Below, piece by piece: positions 47,176 through 56,521 of a stretch of DNA of 64,000 bases; the stretch's first letter is position 1; the number at the start of each line of letters is the position of its first letter. This DNA is from Patescibacteria group bacterium (GTDB lineage Bacteria; Patescibacteriota; Minisyncoccia; RBG-13-40-8-A): positions 67,891 to 131,890 of the forward strand of contig JAHILA010000014.1 in the NCBI GenBank assembly GCA_018897295.1. Direction: 5' to 3'. Under the pieces are notes generated by a model, which was given only the letters and a program-made list of their open reading frames with translations, had not been told where the DNA came from and made no database searches. The position numbers and the translations under genes are program-made.

Positions 47176-48447
47176 GCCCGACAAGGGCAGTGAAATAGTA
47201 CCTGAAATCATACACTTACAAAGAGTCGGAGCCCCGCATTAGCGGGGTGACGGCGTGCTTTTTGCAGAACGAACCAACGAGTTTACCGTAGACTGTTTTG
47301 TCTAAGTCCGTAAAGGACGGAGGCGTAGGGAAACCGAGTGTTAATAGCGCGTTTTATAACAGTATGCGTAAGACCCGAAGCCAGGTGAGCTACCCATGGC
47401 CAGGATGAACCCCGATGAAAATCGGGGGGAGGTCCGAACCCATCGGCCGTGCAATACCGTGGGATGAGCTGTGGGTTGGAGTGAAAAGCTAATCGAACCT
47501 GGTAATAGCTGGTTCTCCTCGAAATATGTTTAGGCATAGCCTCTTATTTTTCTCCTTAGGGGTAGAGCACTAAATGGGCTGAGGTGGCGCAAGCCTACTC
47601 ACTCAATTAAACTCCGAATACTAAGACAGATAATAAGGGAGTAAGACTGTGGGGGCTAAGCTCCATAGTCAAAAGGGAAACAGCCCAGATCGTCATCTAA
47701 GGTCCCAAAACTAAGTTAAGTGGGAAAAGAAGTGCCTCGTCTTATACAGATGGGATGTTGGCTTAGAAGTAGCCATCATTTAAAGAGTGTGTAATAACTC
47801 ACCATTCTATTTATGACGAAGTGCGCTGAAAATGTAACGGGGCTCAAACTTAGTACCGAAGATACGAATTTCTCTCCGATTTATCGGAGAGGAGTGGTAG
47901 AGGAGCATTTCTTGTGCTGTGAAGTCATTTCGTGAGGAATGGTGGAGCGCAAGGAAGAGAGAATGTTGGTATGAGTAACCGCAAGTCTGATGCGAAATCA
48001 GACCACCGAAAGCCCAAGGATTCCTTGGCAATGTAAATCAACCAAGGGTTAGGCGGGCCTAAGGCAATCCCGAAAGGGGTAGTCGATGGACAGTCGGTTA
48101 ATATTCCGACCCTTCTGTATTTTTTTATGGAGTGACGGAGTTTAGTAGATAGGGCAGATTATTGGATTTTTGTCTGTATATTAAGAAGCTAGGCTAGGTA
48201 AATCCGGTTTAGAATACTTCAAGATATGCAGGAAGTTTCGATTTCGATCGGGATTACCCTATTGAGCAGACTTCCAAGAAAAACTTCTAAAATAAGAATA
48301 CAGGATCCGTACCGCAAACCGACACAGGTGGGCAGGGCGAGAAGCCCAAGGTGAACGGGTTAACCCTCGTTAAGGAACTCGGCAAAATAGCGGCCGTAAG
48401 TTCGCAATAAGGCCTTCCCCCGCTTAGCGGGGGACGCAGCTAAAGAT

Positions 48448-48478
<31 letters not shown>

Positions 48479-49347
48479 CCTGCTAACTCGTAAGAGGATG
48501 TATAGGGGCTGACACTTGACCAGTGCTGGAAGGTTAATGGTGGGGGTGTCTCGACCTTGCGTCGGGATGCTCACTGCTTGAAGCCCCAGTGAACGTCGGC
48601 GATAACTATAATCGTCCTAAGGTACCGAAATTCCTTGGCATGTAAGTTATGTCCTGCAGGAAAAGTGTAACGACTGGAGAACTGTCTCAACGAGGAGCCC
48701 GGTGAAAATGCAGTGTCAGTGAAGATGCTGACTACCTGCGACAAGACGAAAAGACCCCAGGAGCTTTACTATAACTTGGTATTGTTTTAATGTTTTTGAT
48801 GCGTAGCGTAGACGGTAGGATTTGAAGGTCGCCTCTCGGGGCGGCTGGATCCGACAATGAAACACCGTTCTTTAAAAATGTTAAAACTAACCCCTCCGTA
48901 ACAGAGAGGGACAGTGCCAGGCGGGTAGTTTTAGTGGGGCGCTAGCCTCCTAAAGAGTAACGGAGGCGTTTATTAAGGTCGACTAGCTCCGGATGGAAAT
49001 CGGAGTGATAGTGTAAAGGCAAAAGTCGGCTTTACTGCAAGACTGACAGGTCGCGCAGTTGCGAAAGCAGAACTTAGTGAACCGACTCTGGTTAATAGAA
49101 TCGGAGAAGATCATCGGACAAAAGCTACCCTGGGGATAACAGGCTGGTAGGCGCTAAGAGTTCATATCGACGCGTCTGTTCGGCACCTCGATGTCGGCTC
49201 ATCTCATCCTGGAGGTGGAGAAGCTTCCAAGGGTTTGGCTGTTCGCCAATTAAAGAGGTACGTGAGCTGGGTTCAAACCGTCGTGAGACAGGTTGGACTC
49301 CTATCTGTCGTAGGCGTAGATACTTGAGAGACTTTGTCCCTAGTAAG

Positions 49348-50104
49348 AATATTGCTACTTCACGAAGTAATTCGTGATGACAATGTGGCTTATAACGGTG
49401 AAGTCTTAATAAAATATGGTCTATTGATAATCATTATTGCATCGGTCCAATAATAATGATACAATTTAATTGAGGACCAGATAATTATTAAGATAATACC
49501 GTGGGAAGTCGATCTAAAATTAATTATGCGTATATTGCAGGATTTCTTGATGGTGATGGAAGTTTAATGTTTCAAATCAAAAAACGGAAAGATGGCAAAT
49601 CTAAAATAAGATTTATGCTGACTATCTGTTTTTATCAAGATTCTAGACATGCAAAACCACTATACTGGATTAAAAGAGTTTTGAGGATAGGTTATATCTC
49701 AAAACGTAAAGACGGAATTACTGAATTAAGGATTAACGGTTTTAAGCAGATTAAGGATATAGTGGGGAATTTAATTCCATTTATCAAATTTAAGAAAGTC
49801 CAAGCAAAAGCAATATATAGCGCTGCGAATCTTTTGAATTGTGTAAAAAACAAGGATTTATCTGAGAAAGATTTACACAGGTTAATAAATTATATTCTGG
49901 TGATTCAGAATAATAATTATGTGACCAAAAAAAAGAAGACTAAAAAAGATTTGTTAAAGATTTTAGATTTGACCCCGTAACGACTTGATCCGATTTCCAT
50001 CGGATCGGAGTTCAGTAGAAATACTGAGCTAATACGCCACTACCCTAATTCCGATTAACGTCGGAATGGGTAAAGATATAGTCTGCGCACATAGTGATAT
50101 GTGA
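49348..50104 (+). mobile_element. intron (probably group I) in 23S rRNA carrying a homing endonuclease gene
   Basis: Insertion between exon sequences CCCTAGTA and CGAGAGGACC; contains the LAGLIDADG ORF; boundaries approximate. Confidence 0.6.
49501..49980 (+). CDS. LAGLIDADG homing endonuclease (intron-encoded)
   Basis: YIAGFLDGDGSLMF LAGLIDADG motif; 159 aa, single-motif type; located inside the 23S gene. Confidence 0.85.
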   Translation: MGSRSKINYAYIAGFLDGDGSLMFQIKKRKDGKSKIRFMLTICFYQDSRHAKPLYWIKRVLRIGYISKRKDGITELRINGFKQIKDIVGNLIPFIKFKKVQAKAIYSAANLLNCVKNKDLSEKDLHRLINYILVIQNNNYVTKKKKTKKDLLKILDLTP

Positions 50105-50405
50105 TAACGTGACGAGAGGACCGGGATGAACAAACCTCTGGTGTACCAGCTGTCCTGCCAAGGGCACTGCTGGGTAGCTATGTTTGGCAGAGATAAATGC
50201 TGAAAGCATATAAGCGTGAAACTCTTCTCAAGATTAAGTATCATAGATTCCTTGAAGACTACAAGGTTGATAGGCTTCAGGTGTAAGTCCTGTAAAGGAT
50301 TTAGCCGAGAAGTACTAATAAATCATTTTGCCTGTTTAATACGGCTGGCAATTTTTGGACACTACACTTTAAAATAATTTTATTTGCAACAAACAAGATT
50401 GCGGT

Positions 50406-50528
50406 CATTGTAAGGGGGTTATACTTGGGGTGCTCCACCTGATCCCATTCCGAACTCAGAAGTGAAATCCTTAAAGGCCGATGGTACCCCGATGAACTTC
50501 GGGGAAGAGTAGGTGACCCTCCTACAAT
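50406..50528 (+). rRNA. 5S ribosomal RNA
   Basis: CCACCTGATCCCATTCCGAACTCAGAAGTGAAA and GGCCGATGGTACCCCG...GGGGAAGAGTAGG conserved blocks. Confidence 0.75.
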
Positions 50529-50799
50529 GCCCGCAATTTAAAGGCGTTGACCCTGCAACACAGGTGAGCTGAGGAAAGAAAGCTTTAATAAGCGAGTAGA
50601 ATCCTACGGGCGTGCCCGTTATAGCACAAAGACCGTGTCGGATTTCCAGAGCGGTTGGAGAGATTCAATTAGTAATAATTGAATGAAATAAGGTGGCAAC
50701 ACGATAAAAATCGTCCTTATGAGATTATCATTTTTGGTAATTTCGTGAGGTCGATTTTTTTTTATTTATTAATTATTAATAAAAGTAAAAATAAAATAT

Positions 50800-52107
50800 A
50801 TGGAAAGAATTTTAATTTCTAAAATTAAAGAAAAAATTGGACAAAAGACCAAAATCATTGGCTGGGTTTATAATATACGCGATATAGGGTCCATAAAATT
50901 TTTGGTCATCAGGGACGTAAGCGGAATAATTCAGGTAGTCGTTAGTGGCGAAGAATTAATAAAAGTTGTTAAACCAATAAGACTGGAATCAATCGTTGAA
51001 ATTATTGGTATAGTTAAAACGGAGAAACAAGCACCAGGAGGAATTGAAATAATGGCAGAAGAAATAAAAATAATTTCAATTCCATTAGAAACGCCTCCAA
51101 TTTCTGTTTTGGAAAAGGAAGAAACAGAAGCGTCTTTGGAAAAAAGAATGGATTGGCGCTGGATTGATTTAAGAAAACCTCGGAAACAATTGATTTTTAA
51201 GGTTTGGACAACAATGGAAATGGCTTTTAGGAAATGGTGGCTTGAACATGGATTTATTCAGATACATTCTCCGAAATTAATGAGTGCGGCGAGTGAAATC
51301 GGGTCAGAACTTTTTCAGATTTCTTATTTTAACGGAAAAGCATATTTGGCTCAATCGCCACAATTCTATAAACAAATGGCAATGGCATCGGGATTTGAAA
51401 AGGTCTTTGAAATCGGTCCTGTTTTTCGGGCAAACCCATCGTTTACTTCAAGACATGATACAGAATTTACCAGTTACGATATTGAAATGTCATTTATTGA
51501 ATCACACCAAAAATTAATCGAGACAGAACAAGAAATGTTTGTTTATATGATTTCTGAAGTTAAAGAAGAGTACGGTGAGGAAATTGAAAAAGAATTTGGA
51601 AGGAAATTAGTTATTCCTACAATTCCGTTTCCTCAAATTACCATGAAGGAAGCAAAAGAAATGCTTTCTCATTATGATATTAAAAACAGAAGGGAGGGGG
51701 ACTTAAGCCCCGAAGAAGAAAGAAAACTGAGTGAAATCATAAAAGAAAAATACGGGCATGAATTTTGTTTTGTTACCGAATATCCGAGCAGCGTTCGGCC
51801 GTTTTATCATATGCGTCCACAAGGAGATTCTAAATTTACAAAAAGCTTTGATCTTCTGTGGAATGGTCTAGAGATTACAACAGGCGCTCAAAGAGAGCAT
51901 CGATACGAGGTTCTGAAAAAACAAGCGATTGAAAAAGGAATCAAAACCGAAGAGATTAAACATTATCTGGAATTCTTTAAGTATGGCTGTCCGCCTCATG
52001 GGGGATTTGCGATTGGCGCGACAAGATTACTTATGAAGATATTCAATATTGGCAATGTCAGAGAAGTTACTTATCTTTATCGCGGCGTTAAAAGATTAAC
52101 TCCATAG
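50800..52107 (+). CDS. aspS: aspartyl-tRNA synthetase, archaeal/compact type (probably non-discriminating)
   Basis: QSPQFYKQMAMASGFEKVFEIGPVFRA, RHDTEFTSYDIEMSF, GGFAIGATRLLM class IIb motifs; 435 aa; gatB present in the window. Confidence 0.7.
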   Translation: MERILISKIKEKIGQKTKIIGWVYNIRDIGSIKFLVIRDVSGIIQVVVSGEELIKVVKPIRLESIVEIIGIVKTEKQAPGGIEIMAEEIKIISIPLETPPISVLEKEETEASLEKRMDWRWIDLRKPRKQLIFKVWTTMEMAFRKWWLEHGFIQIHSPKLMSAASEIGSELFQISYFNGKAYLAQSPQFYKQMAMASGFEKVFEIGPVFRANPSFTSRHDTEFTSYDIEMSFIESHQKLIETEQEMFVYMISEVKEEYGEEIEKEFGRKLVIPTIPFPQITMKEAKEMLSHYDIKNRREGDLSPEEERKLSEIIKEKYGHEFCFVTEYPSSVRPFYHMRPQGDSKFTKSFDLLWNGLEITTGAQREHRYEVLKKQAIEKGIKTEEIKHYLEFFKYGCPPHGGFAIGATRLLMKIFNIGNVREVTYLYRGVKRLTP

Positions 52108-52176
52108 CCACAAAAGAAAAACTGCTTAATTTATAAGCAGTTTTTCTTTTCCTTAAAGTTTGTTATAATATAATTA

Positions 52177-52929
52177 ATGAATCCATATACTAAAAAACAA
52201 TTTATTATCGGATTGGTGTGGGTGGTGATTTTTGCGATTATCATTGGCGGGATTTATTTATTGATAAAATCAGAAACTCCCCCTGTTAATAATGGAAATC
52301 AAAACGAACCAAAGGAAGATTTAATTATTTTATCCCAATCTTTTATTCTGACTACGGAAAATAATTTTGACTTGGTTGCTAAAATTAAAAATTCCAATAA
52401 TGAATGGGCAGCCGAGTCATTTACTTATGTTTTTAACTTATACGACAGCGCTAATCAGTTGATTGGTTCGCGACAAGGTAAATCATACATTCTGCCACAA
52501 GAAACAAAATACATTATTGAACAGAAAGTTTCTTCGCAAAAATCAATCTCAAAAATCGAATTAAAAATTAGTAATGTCTACTGGGGAAAAATAAGCCAAT
52601 TAGGAGGCCTAGAATTAAGAGTGAAAAATACAGAATACCAAATATTGGAAGATGGCAGCAATCTGTTTACAGGCACAGTGGAAAATAAAAGCAGTTATGA
52701 TTTAGACACTATAGAAGTTGCCGGAGTTTTGCTCAATGAAAATAATGAGATTATTGCTGCTGGTAAAACCTCAATGAACACAGTTTTAAGAAATGAGAGC
52801 AGGGGATTTGAAATTTTTTGGCCTTATCCTATTGCGCAGGAAACCAAATCGTTTGACGCCAGGGCTTATACTAATATTTTTTTGAATGACAATTTTATCA
52901 AAACCCAGGGCGAACCGCCAAAAGAATAA
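52177..52929 (+). CDS. membrane-anchored/secreted hypothetical protein
   Basis: N-terminal TM, then a soluble domain without recognisable motifs. Confidence 0.4.
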   Translation: MNPYTKKQFIIGLVWVVIFAIIIGGIYLLIKSETPPVNNGNQNEPKEDLIILSQSFILTTENNFDLVAKIKNSNNEWAAESFTYVFNLYDSANQLIGSRQGKSYILPQETKYIIEQKVSSQKSISKIELKISNVYWGKISQLGGLELRVKNTEYQILEDGSNLFTGTVENKSSYDLDTIEVAGVLLNENNEIIAAGKTSMNTVLRNESRGFEIFWPYPIAQETKSFDARAYTNIFLNDNFIKTQGEPPKE

Positions 52930-52930
52930 A

Positions 52931-53012
52931 TTATGCCCCGTAGTGAATTTTTGACTGATGCTACGGGCATCAAAATAATTTTTAATTAGTCAAAAATCTA
53001 CTACAGGGTATG
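52931..53012 (+). repeat. inverted-repeat leader element copy 2 (upstream of ftsW/rodA), ends at the start codon
   Basis: ATTATGCCCCGTAGTGAATTTTTGACTGATGCTACGGGCATC...TTAATTAGTCAAAAATCTACTACAGGGTATG; matches 17917-18031. Confidence 0.6.
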
Positions 53013-54095
53013 TTCATATATCTTTTGAAAAAGCTTGATTGGGTGCTGATTATCAGCGTGTTGCTGCTGACAATAATCGGATTGATGTCGATTTTCAGCA
53101 CTTCTTTTTCTCACGATAAAAGTTATTTTTATAAACAGACCGCATTTTTAATAATCGGCCTTTTTTTAATGCTCGTTTTCGCTTTTATTGATTATAGGTT
53201 TTTTAGGAATCACTCCACATTGTTGCTGATTTTGTATTTTCTGAGCGTCTTATTATTGATTGCGGTTTTATTTTTCGGGAAAATAAGAGGCGCAGCGAGC
53301 TGGTTTAATTTCGGGATAGTTAATTTTGAACCCGTAGAATTTGCGAAATTGGTAATGGTGTTGATTTTTGCCCAGTATTTCTCTTTGCGTCACATTGAGC
53401 TTTATAGGATAACTCATATTGTCATTTCTGGAGCATATACAATGCTTGTTGCTGGTTTAGTTTTTCTCCAGCCGGATTTGGGTTCGGCAATGGTGCTGAT
53501 ATTTTTATGGTTGGGGGTTATGGTAATTGCAGGAATTAAATTAAAACAACTTTTAATTTTGTTTATTATCGGATTAATTCTTTTTAATATTGCTTGGGTT
53601 GGAGTTTTAAAACCATACCAAAAAGACAGAATTACCAGTTTTATAAATCCGTATCTTGACCCGCAGGGAAGCGGCTATCATCAGATTCAATCAATGATTG
53701 CTATTGGCTCTGGCCAGTTTTGGGGCAGGGGATTGGGGCACGGCCCACAAAGCCAACTGAATTTTTTACCTGAACAGCATACTGATTTTATTTTCGCGGC
53801 AATCGGGGAAGAATGGGGATTTGTAGGATTAATAATTATTTTCATTCTTTATTTTATTTTCTTTTACAGGATTATGAGAATTGCTTTGCAATCGGAAAAT
53901 AATTTTGCCAGATTATTCTGCATTGGCGCGGCGATTGTTTTTATATTCCAGGTTTTCGTGAATATTGGAATGAATCTCGGCCTTCTGCCTATTGCCGGAA
54001 TTTCTCTACCATTTGTTTCCTACGGCGGAAGCAATTTATTGATTAATTTTGTAATGCTGGGAATTGTACAGAGTATTGCAGTCCGCGAGAAGTAG
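53010..54095 (+). CDS. SEDS-family peptidoglycan glycosyltransferase (FtsW/RodA)
   Basis: 10-TM topology and the conserved C-terminal LPFVSYGGSNLL SEDS motif. Confidence 0.8.
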   Translation: MFIYLLKKLDWVLIISVLLLTIIGLMSIFSTSFSHDKSYFYKQTAFLIIGLFLMLVFAFIDYRFFRNHSTLLLILYFLSVLLLIAVLFFGKIRGAASWFNFGIVNFEPVEFAKLVMVLIFAQYFSLRHIELYRITHIVISGAYTMLVAGLVFLQPDLGSAMVLIFLWLGVMVIAGIKLKQLLILFIIGLILFNIAWVGVLKPYQKDRITSFINPYLDPQGSGYHQIQSMIAIGSGQFWGRGLGHGPQSQLNFLPEQHTDFIFAAIGEEWGFVGLIIIFILYFIFFYRIMRIALQSENNFARLFCIGAAIVFIFQVFVNIGMNLGLLPIAGISLPFVSYGGSNLLINFVMLGIVQSIAVREK

Positions 54096-54119
54096 GGGAT
54101 TGATCCCGCAACTGCGGGG

Positions 54120-54148
54120 TTGACAATCTTTTTAAGTGTGTGTAGGAT
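54120..54148 (+). promoter_or_regulatory. sigma70-like promoter (TTGACA-N17-TAGGAT) preceded by hairpin CCCGCA-ACT-GCGGGG
   Basis: GCGGGGTTGACAATC context as in the other promoters; upstream of the 54186 gene. Confidence 0.55.
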
Positions 54149-54154
54149 ATTAGC

Positions 54155-54170
54155 GTAAGAAAAATCTTAC
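54155..54170 (+). promoter_or_regulatory. 16-bp perfect palindrome GTAAGA-AAAA-TCTTAC between the -10 box and the SD (candidate operator or 5' stem-loop)
   Basis: Identical copy at 63824-63839 in the same position relative to another consensus promoter. Confidence 0.5.
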
Positions 54171-54185
54171 AAAAGGAGGAGAAAA

Positions 54186-54638
54186 ATGTATCTTAAAAAA
54201 ATCTTTTTTGTTCTTTTTCTGGTTTTGTTCGTCGTGATGTTCTCTGTTGACTGCAAAGGCGAGCAGTCCGAAGTCGGAGAAAAAGCCCAGTTCGTCGAGA
54301 GAAGCGACGCAAAAGTGTGGCGTGGAGAAATTATGGCCACCCCAATTCGTTGTTTTGGACCATATGCCAAAATCAAAGTGAAAAATCCGGTCGATAACCA
54401 GGATTATCAATTTCAACTTGAGGTCATTTATAAAGCTAATAATGGCCCGGCGCGGATTGGTCTTCAAAACCTGAATGTGGGTGACGAAATTTTGTTTTTT
54501 AAAACTTTCGTCATTGCCAAGACCAAAGAGAGGGCGATGTATTGCCCTATTGGTATCTATTATTCTTATTCTCTTCGTTATAGAGGAGAATCCATTATCA
54601 ATGGCCATAAAGTCGCCAATCCTCCGAAAAAGAAGTGA
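54186..54638 (+). CDS. secreted/lipoprotein-like hypothetical protein
   Basis: SD AAAAGGAGGAG; hydrophobic N-terminus ending in VDC; chosen over the antisense ORF 54150-54647; GC content above the local average. Confidence 0.55.
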   Translation: MYLKKIFFVLFLVLFVVMFSVDCKGEQSEVGEKAQFVERSDAKVWRGEIMATPIRCFGPYAKIKVKNPVDNQDYQFQLEVIYKANNGPARIGLQNLNVGDEILFFKTFVIAKTKERAMYCPIGIYYSYSLRYRGESIINGHKVANPPKKK

Positions 54639-54657
54639 GGAGCACAATGTTCCAACA

Positions 54658-54693
54658 CGCCCCTGCGTTATTTTCCGCGTAGGGGCTTTTTTA
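54658..54693 (+). terminator. Rho-independent terminator
   Basis: CGCCCCTGCG...CGCGTAGGGGC followed by TTTTTT. Confidence 0.55.
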
Positions 54694-54698
54694 TTTTC

Positions 54699-54726
54699 TT
54701 GACAAACTTTATGGATATACTATAAT
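54699..54726 (+). promoter_or_regulatory. near-consensus sigma70 promoter TTGACA-N16-TATAAT
   Basis: Directly upstream of the candidate sRNA. Confidence 0.6.
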
Positions 54727-54732
54727 GGAAAT

Positions 54733-54936
54733 AACAATCAAGGCAGTTCGCAACCAGTATAGGCTGGTGTGCCTAAAACTTTCTACTGTATGTAAAAATT
54801 TCATCCCCCCATGGTCCGGCATGCGAGACCGCGGTATGTTGCGAACCGTACTACTCTCGCCCCTGGACCAGATTATTCTATTTGTTCTTTTCTTCTGCTC
54901 TTTTGGAAAACCCGCCTAACCGCGGGCTTTTTATTT
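54733..54936 (+). ncRNA. candidate ~200-nt small RNA (identity unknown; 6S-like long irregular hairpin possible)
   Basis: Consensus promoter upstream and intrinsic terminator CCCGC-CTAAC-GCGGG-TTTTT downstream; long-range complement GCAGTTCGCAACC / GGTTGCGAAC; the 64-aa ORF here has no SD and odd composition. Confidence 0.4.
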
Positions 54937-55022
54937 ATTCCAAAAAGGCGTATAATAAGGGTGTCTTAAATATTCATTTTTTTTAAAGAGGTTGGAAAAG
55001 GGAAAACAATAAAAATTATTTT

Positions 55023-55583
55023 ATGAACGGACAAAATAAAACAGTTTATGTATTTATAGACGCATCAAATGTTTGGAATGCGGTTAAGTCGGTAAAAAAG
55101 TTTATTGAATACAAAACTCTTAAAGATTATTTTAGGAAAAATTTTAACGCAGACAAGGTTGAAATTTTTTATTATGACGCCTATCCAAAAACCGGAACAA
55201 GAGATTATGATTTGGATGGAAAGCATAAATTCTTTACTTATCTTAAAAAGGGGCTTGGTTTTACCGTAAGAAAAAAAGAATTAAAAAGAATCTCTGTTAT
55301 TAGCGAGAGCGGAGAATCTATTATAGAAAAAGGAAATATGGATGTGGAAATAACGATTGACGCAATGCATAACATTCATAAATATAATATAGCCATTTTT
55401 TTTAGCGGCGACGCTGATTTTCTTGCGCTGGTGAATTATTTGAAAAACGGCGGCAAAAAGGTTTATATCTTTTCGTCAGAAGATAATATTTCTCACGAAC
55501 TAAAAACTGGCGGGGATGGTTATTTTGATTTGAAAGATATACATGAATTTTGGGGTAAAGATTTAAAACATCGTGTAAAATGA
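55023..55583 (+). CDS. NYN-domain (LabA/DUF88-like) protein
   Basis: VFIDASNVWN, GNMDVEITIDAM, SGDADFLALV motifs. Confidence 0.6.
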   Translation: MNGQNKTVYVFIDASNVWNAVKSVKKFIEYKTLKDYFRKNFNADKVEIFYYDAYPKTGTRDYDLDGKHKFFTYLKKGLGFTVRKKELKRISVISESGESIIEKGNMDVEITIDAMHNIHKYNIAIFFSGDADFLALVNYLKNGGKKVYIFSSEDNISHELKTGGDGYFDLKDIHEFWGKDLKHRVK

Positions 55584-55885
55584 TAATATATAAACGAAAG
55601 TCACCCTCAATTAAGAGGGTGACCCTTGGATGTATAACCCTAACAGTTCTATGGATAGAACCGAAAGACATTATCAGTATAGATAAATTAATTAGGTAAG
55701 TCAATAGCAAGTTATCCACAGGTAAAAATAAAAACTAATAAAAATAAATTTATGGATAATAAAATAAAAAAATTGAGAGGAGCGAATGCGGTCTTGAATA
55801 TGAAGATATATTATTGTGTTCTTATCCAACAAAATTAAAAAGATAATTAAGGAAAATGCGGGGCTTGTCCCGCGCAGTCGAGGGG

Positions 55886-55914
55886 TTGACGATAATTTAA
55901 TAAAAGAGTAGTAT
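55886..55914 (+). promoter_or_regulatory. sigma70-like promoter preceded by a hairpin and the GAGGGG motif
   Basis: GCGGGGC-TTGT-CCCGCGC AGTCGAGGGGTTGACG-N17-TAGTAT. Confidence 0.5.
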
Positions 55915-55949
55915 AAAAACATCTGCCAAAGGCAGATAAGGAGGAAAAA

Positions 55950-56096
55950 ATGACTGGAGAATGGTTTTTTTTCGGGGTTGGGTTTATTGTTTTCATATCG
56001 GTTCTTATTTTCTTCGTTGGAAGGAATGTAGGAAAGGAAATCAAGGACCTGAAAAAAACTCCTCAAAATAAATCTTTTGAGGATGGACCAGAATGA
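55950..56096 (+). CDS. small single-TM membrane protein (48 aa), weak TatA-like resemblance
   Basis: 5'UTR hairpin ATCTGCC-AAA-GGCAGAT then SD AAGGAGG; hydrophobic N-terminus and an amphipathic GKEIKDLKK tail; below the ORF-track cutoff. Confidence 0.4.
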   Translation: MTGEWFFFGVGFIVFISVLIFFVGRNVGKEIKDLKKTPQNKSFEDGPE

Positions 56097-56108
56097 ATTT
56101 TTGTAATC

Positions 56109-56140
56109 GGGGGCTGGAAGCAGTCCCCGAGTTTTTTTTT
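56109..56140 (+). terminator. Rho-independent terminator
   Basis: GGGGCTGG-AAGC-AGTCCCC followed by a T9 run. Confidence 0.65.
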
Positions 56141-56150
56141 AAATAAAAAA

Positions 56151-56184
56151 ATGGAGCATGCGGTTTTTTGGACCGATGCTCCAT
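56151..56184 (-). terminator. terminator for the minus-strand gene 56198-56446
   Basis: ATGGAGCATGCGG...CCGATGCTCCAT hairpin with the U-tract on the minus strand. Confidence 0.55.
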
Positions 56185-56197
56185 GAAGAGCAGGGAA

Positions 56198-56446
56198 TTA
56201 AGACTTGAAGAAGGTGCGGACCCACTTCGGGCTTGAGATAGTGACGTACCATCCTCCGTAACTCCAATTGAATTTGAATTGATCTTTTTTGAGTTCTTCT
56301 TTAATGGGTTCCCACATCTTCCTGCTGACGAATGGACCCTTACGTATGATCAGAGTCAACATGTAATGGTTGATGTAGATAAAGCCAAAGCAAAAACGTT
56401 TTCTTTCCGCCATTTTCAGCCACTTCCTCATGTTTATTTTTTTCAT
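56198..56446 (-). CDS. hypothetical protein (82 aa) with strong SD
   Basis: AGGAGGTGATTG-ATG on the minus strand; downstream terminator; no recognisable domain. Confidence 0.5.
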   Translation of the reverse strand: MKKINMRKWLKMAERKRFCFGFIYINHYMLTLIIRKGPFVSRKMWEPIKEELKKDQFKFNWSYGGWYVTISSPKWVRTFFKS

Positions 56447-56521
56447 CAATCACCTCCTGTTCGCATCATAATCGCTTTTTATAATCTTGTCAATGTTCTT
56501 AAATTGTATTATGATAGATGT

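Noticed and set aside
50540-50760. Possible ncRNA or tRNA between the 5S and aspS
   Set aside because: Some hairpins (CACGATAAAAATCGTC) and a T-run, but no cloverleaf or known motif could be built; left unannotated.
54150-54647. 165-aa minus-strand ORF overlapping the 54186 gene
   Set aside because: The plus-strand ORF has a consensus promoter, SD and signal peptide. The minus ORF has none and its apparent length is driven by locally higher GC.
54725-54919. 64-aa ORF between promoter and terminator
   Set aside because: No SD, Cys/Leu-rich odd composition, sits exactly between a consensus promoter and an intrinsic terminator; treated as a candidate ncRNA instead.
56279-56521. N-terminal 81 codons of the ORF-track 56279-56809 ORF
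   Set aside because: Antisense to the SD-bearing minus-strand gene 56198-56446, and Phe/Pro-rich with no start context. Only the distal part from the ATG at 56522 is retained, at low confidence.
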